A DNA stretch of 63,695 nt, filler included, from Folioceros fuciformis (taxonomy: Eukaryota), in the NCBI GenBank assembly GCA_049999805.1. It is 7 parts of 7 records of this genome, joined end to end, with 100 filler letters (N's around TTAATTAATTAA, not from the genome) between each part and the next. Parts side by side here need not be neighbours in the genome. Positions count along the whole stretch, not along the records: positions 62,347 to 63,695 come from JBNGIO010001952.1; 6 more parts are not named here. One strand, 5' to 3'. The notes below the pieces were generated by a model. It did not search any database. It saw nothing but the letters and a program-made list of their open reading frames with translations, and was not told where the DNA came from. Positions 62,958-63,695 of this stretch are shown here, piece after piece. A program made the translations under genes and the position numbers. Each line of letters begins with the position of its first letter. Position 1 is the stretch's first letter.

Positions 62958-63575
62958 TGTGGAGGCAAAACCCCGGGCACTAATTACCGACAGGTTTCAC
63001 CTTTAGTGGCCACACTTATCCCACTGTCGTTGAGACATTGGGTTCCGTTCCCACGAAGGAGCGATGGGGTTCCTTGCTGCTGTGGAAGGAGTGTCGGACT
63101 CAATCGACTTGGTGATGGATTCGAGGGCTCCCCTCCAGCTCCAATCAGGCGTAGGATAGGCCTCACTGTTCAGCGGTCAGCTGCACCTCTCTCGGTGCCC
63201 ACAAACTCGCTCCAGTTACTACAACGACCCTAACCTCTCAGATTTGCGACTTCCCTCACTCCCTTCACTCACTCTCTTGCTCCACCACCAACACCAGCAA
63301 CCAACAACGACACCACTACCTTCTACACTTCCCTACAGACTCTTCCTACCCGGCAAGAGTCACTAGACTAACCCCAAAGAAAAGAAAGAAGGGAACACAC
63401 TCCCCTCTCGAATATCTCCTCCCAACAACCTTACCAGACACCATGAAACATGGCCGGCCTACAGCACTTGTCCAAACAAGGAACAAGAGTGGACAGGTCG
63501 AGAGAAAGACACATCCTTTACAATCAAGAGCTAGGGGCAAGCCCCTTCACCCTGGTCATTACACCTTGTGATCCT
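62958..63575. mobile_element. Second copy of the 54063 LTR family; similarity stops after 63575
   Basis: TGTGGAGGCAAAACCCCGGGCACT... aligns with 54063-54603 and breaks abruptly after CCTTGTGATCCT. Confidence 0.85.
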
Positions 63576-63695
63576 ACCAGACGATGTACAACCGGTAACA
63601 CGCGGCTTGCGACCCTACCAGACGTTGCACAGCCCCTCCGCTCCTTCGGGGAGGGGGAATCGCGGAAACAGCGCTAGATCCACAGCGCCCTGAGG

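Overview
Eukaryotic land-plant nuclear DNA, probably from a non-seed plant (inference from short GT-AG introns and divergent proteins). It is not one locus: six artificial N44-TTAATTAATTAA-N44 linkers join seven unrelated contigs (1-16429, 16530-30013, 30114-35767, 35868-46044, 46145-58770, 58871-62246, 62347-63695), and four further 100-N gaps lie inside the fifth contig. Host genes: a 12-exon CW-type zinc-finger gene (+), an OSCA/CSC1 channel (-), an intronless IFRD1/SAT32-like gene (+), a PLAC8/PCR gene (-), ALWAYS EARLY/LIN-9 (-), the 3' part of a BACK+SPRY-like gene (-), the 3' part of a sarcosine/pipecolate oxidase (+) and tRNA-Val(AAC). The remainder is mostly four decayed Ty1/Copia elements (about 200-220 bp LTRs where visible), nested LTRs of other families, a MITE-like element and tandem repeats. 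Best leads: (1) a BACK-SPRY gene that resembles an arbuscular-mycorrhizal-fungal BTB family; (2) a possible young intron created by a 32-bp tandem duplication in the CW-ZF gene; (3) an extra 'MPRR...' ORF between the PBS and gag in two different Copia elements; (4) a possible 2.7-kb LTR carrying a decayed coiled-coil ORF. No multi-gene novel system can be supported. All family assignments come from recalled motifs, not database searches.
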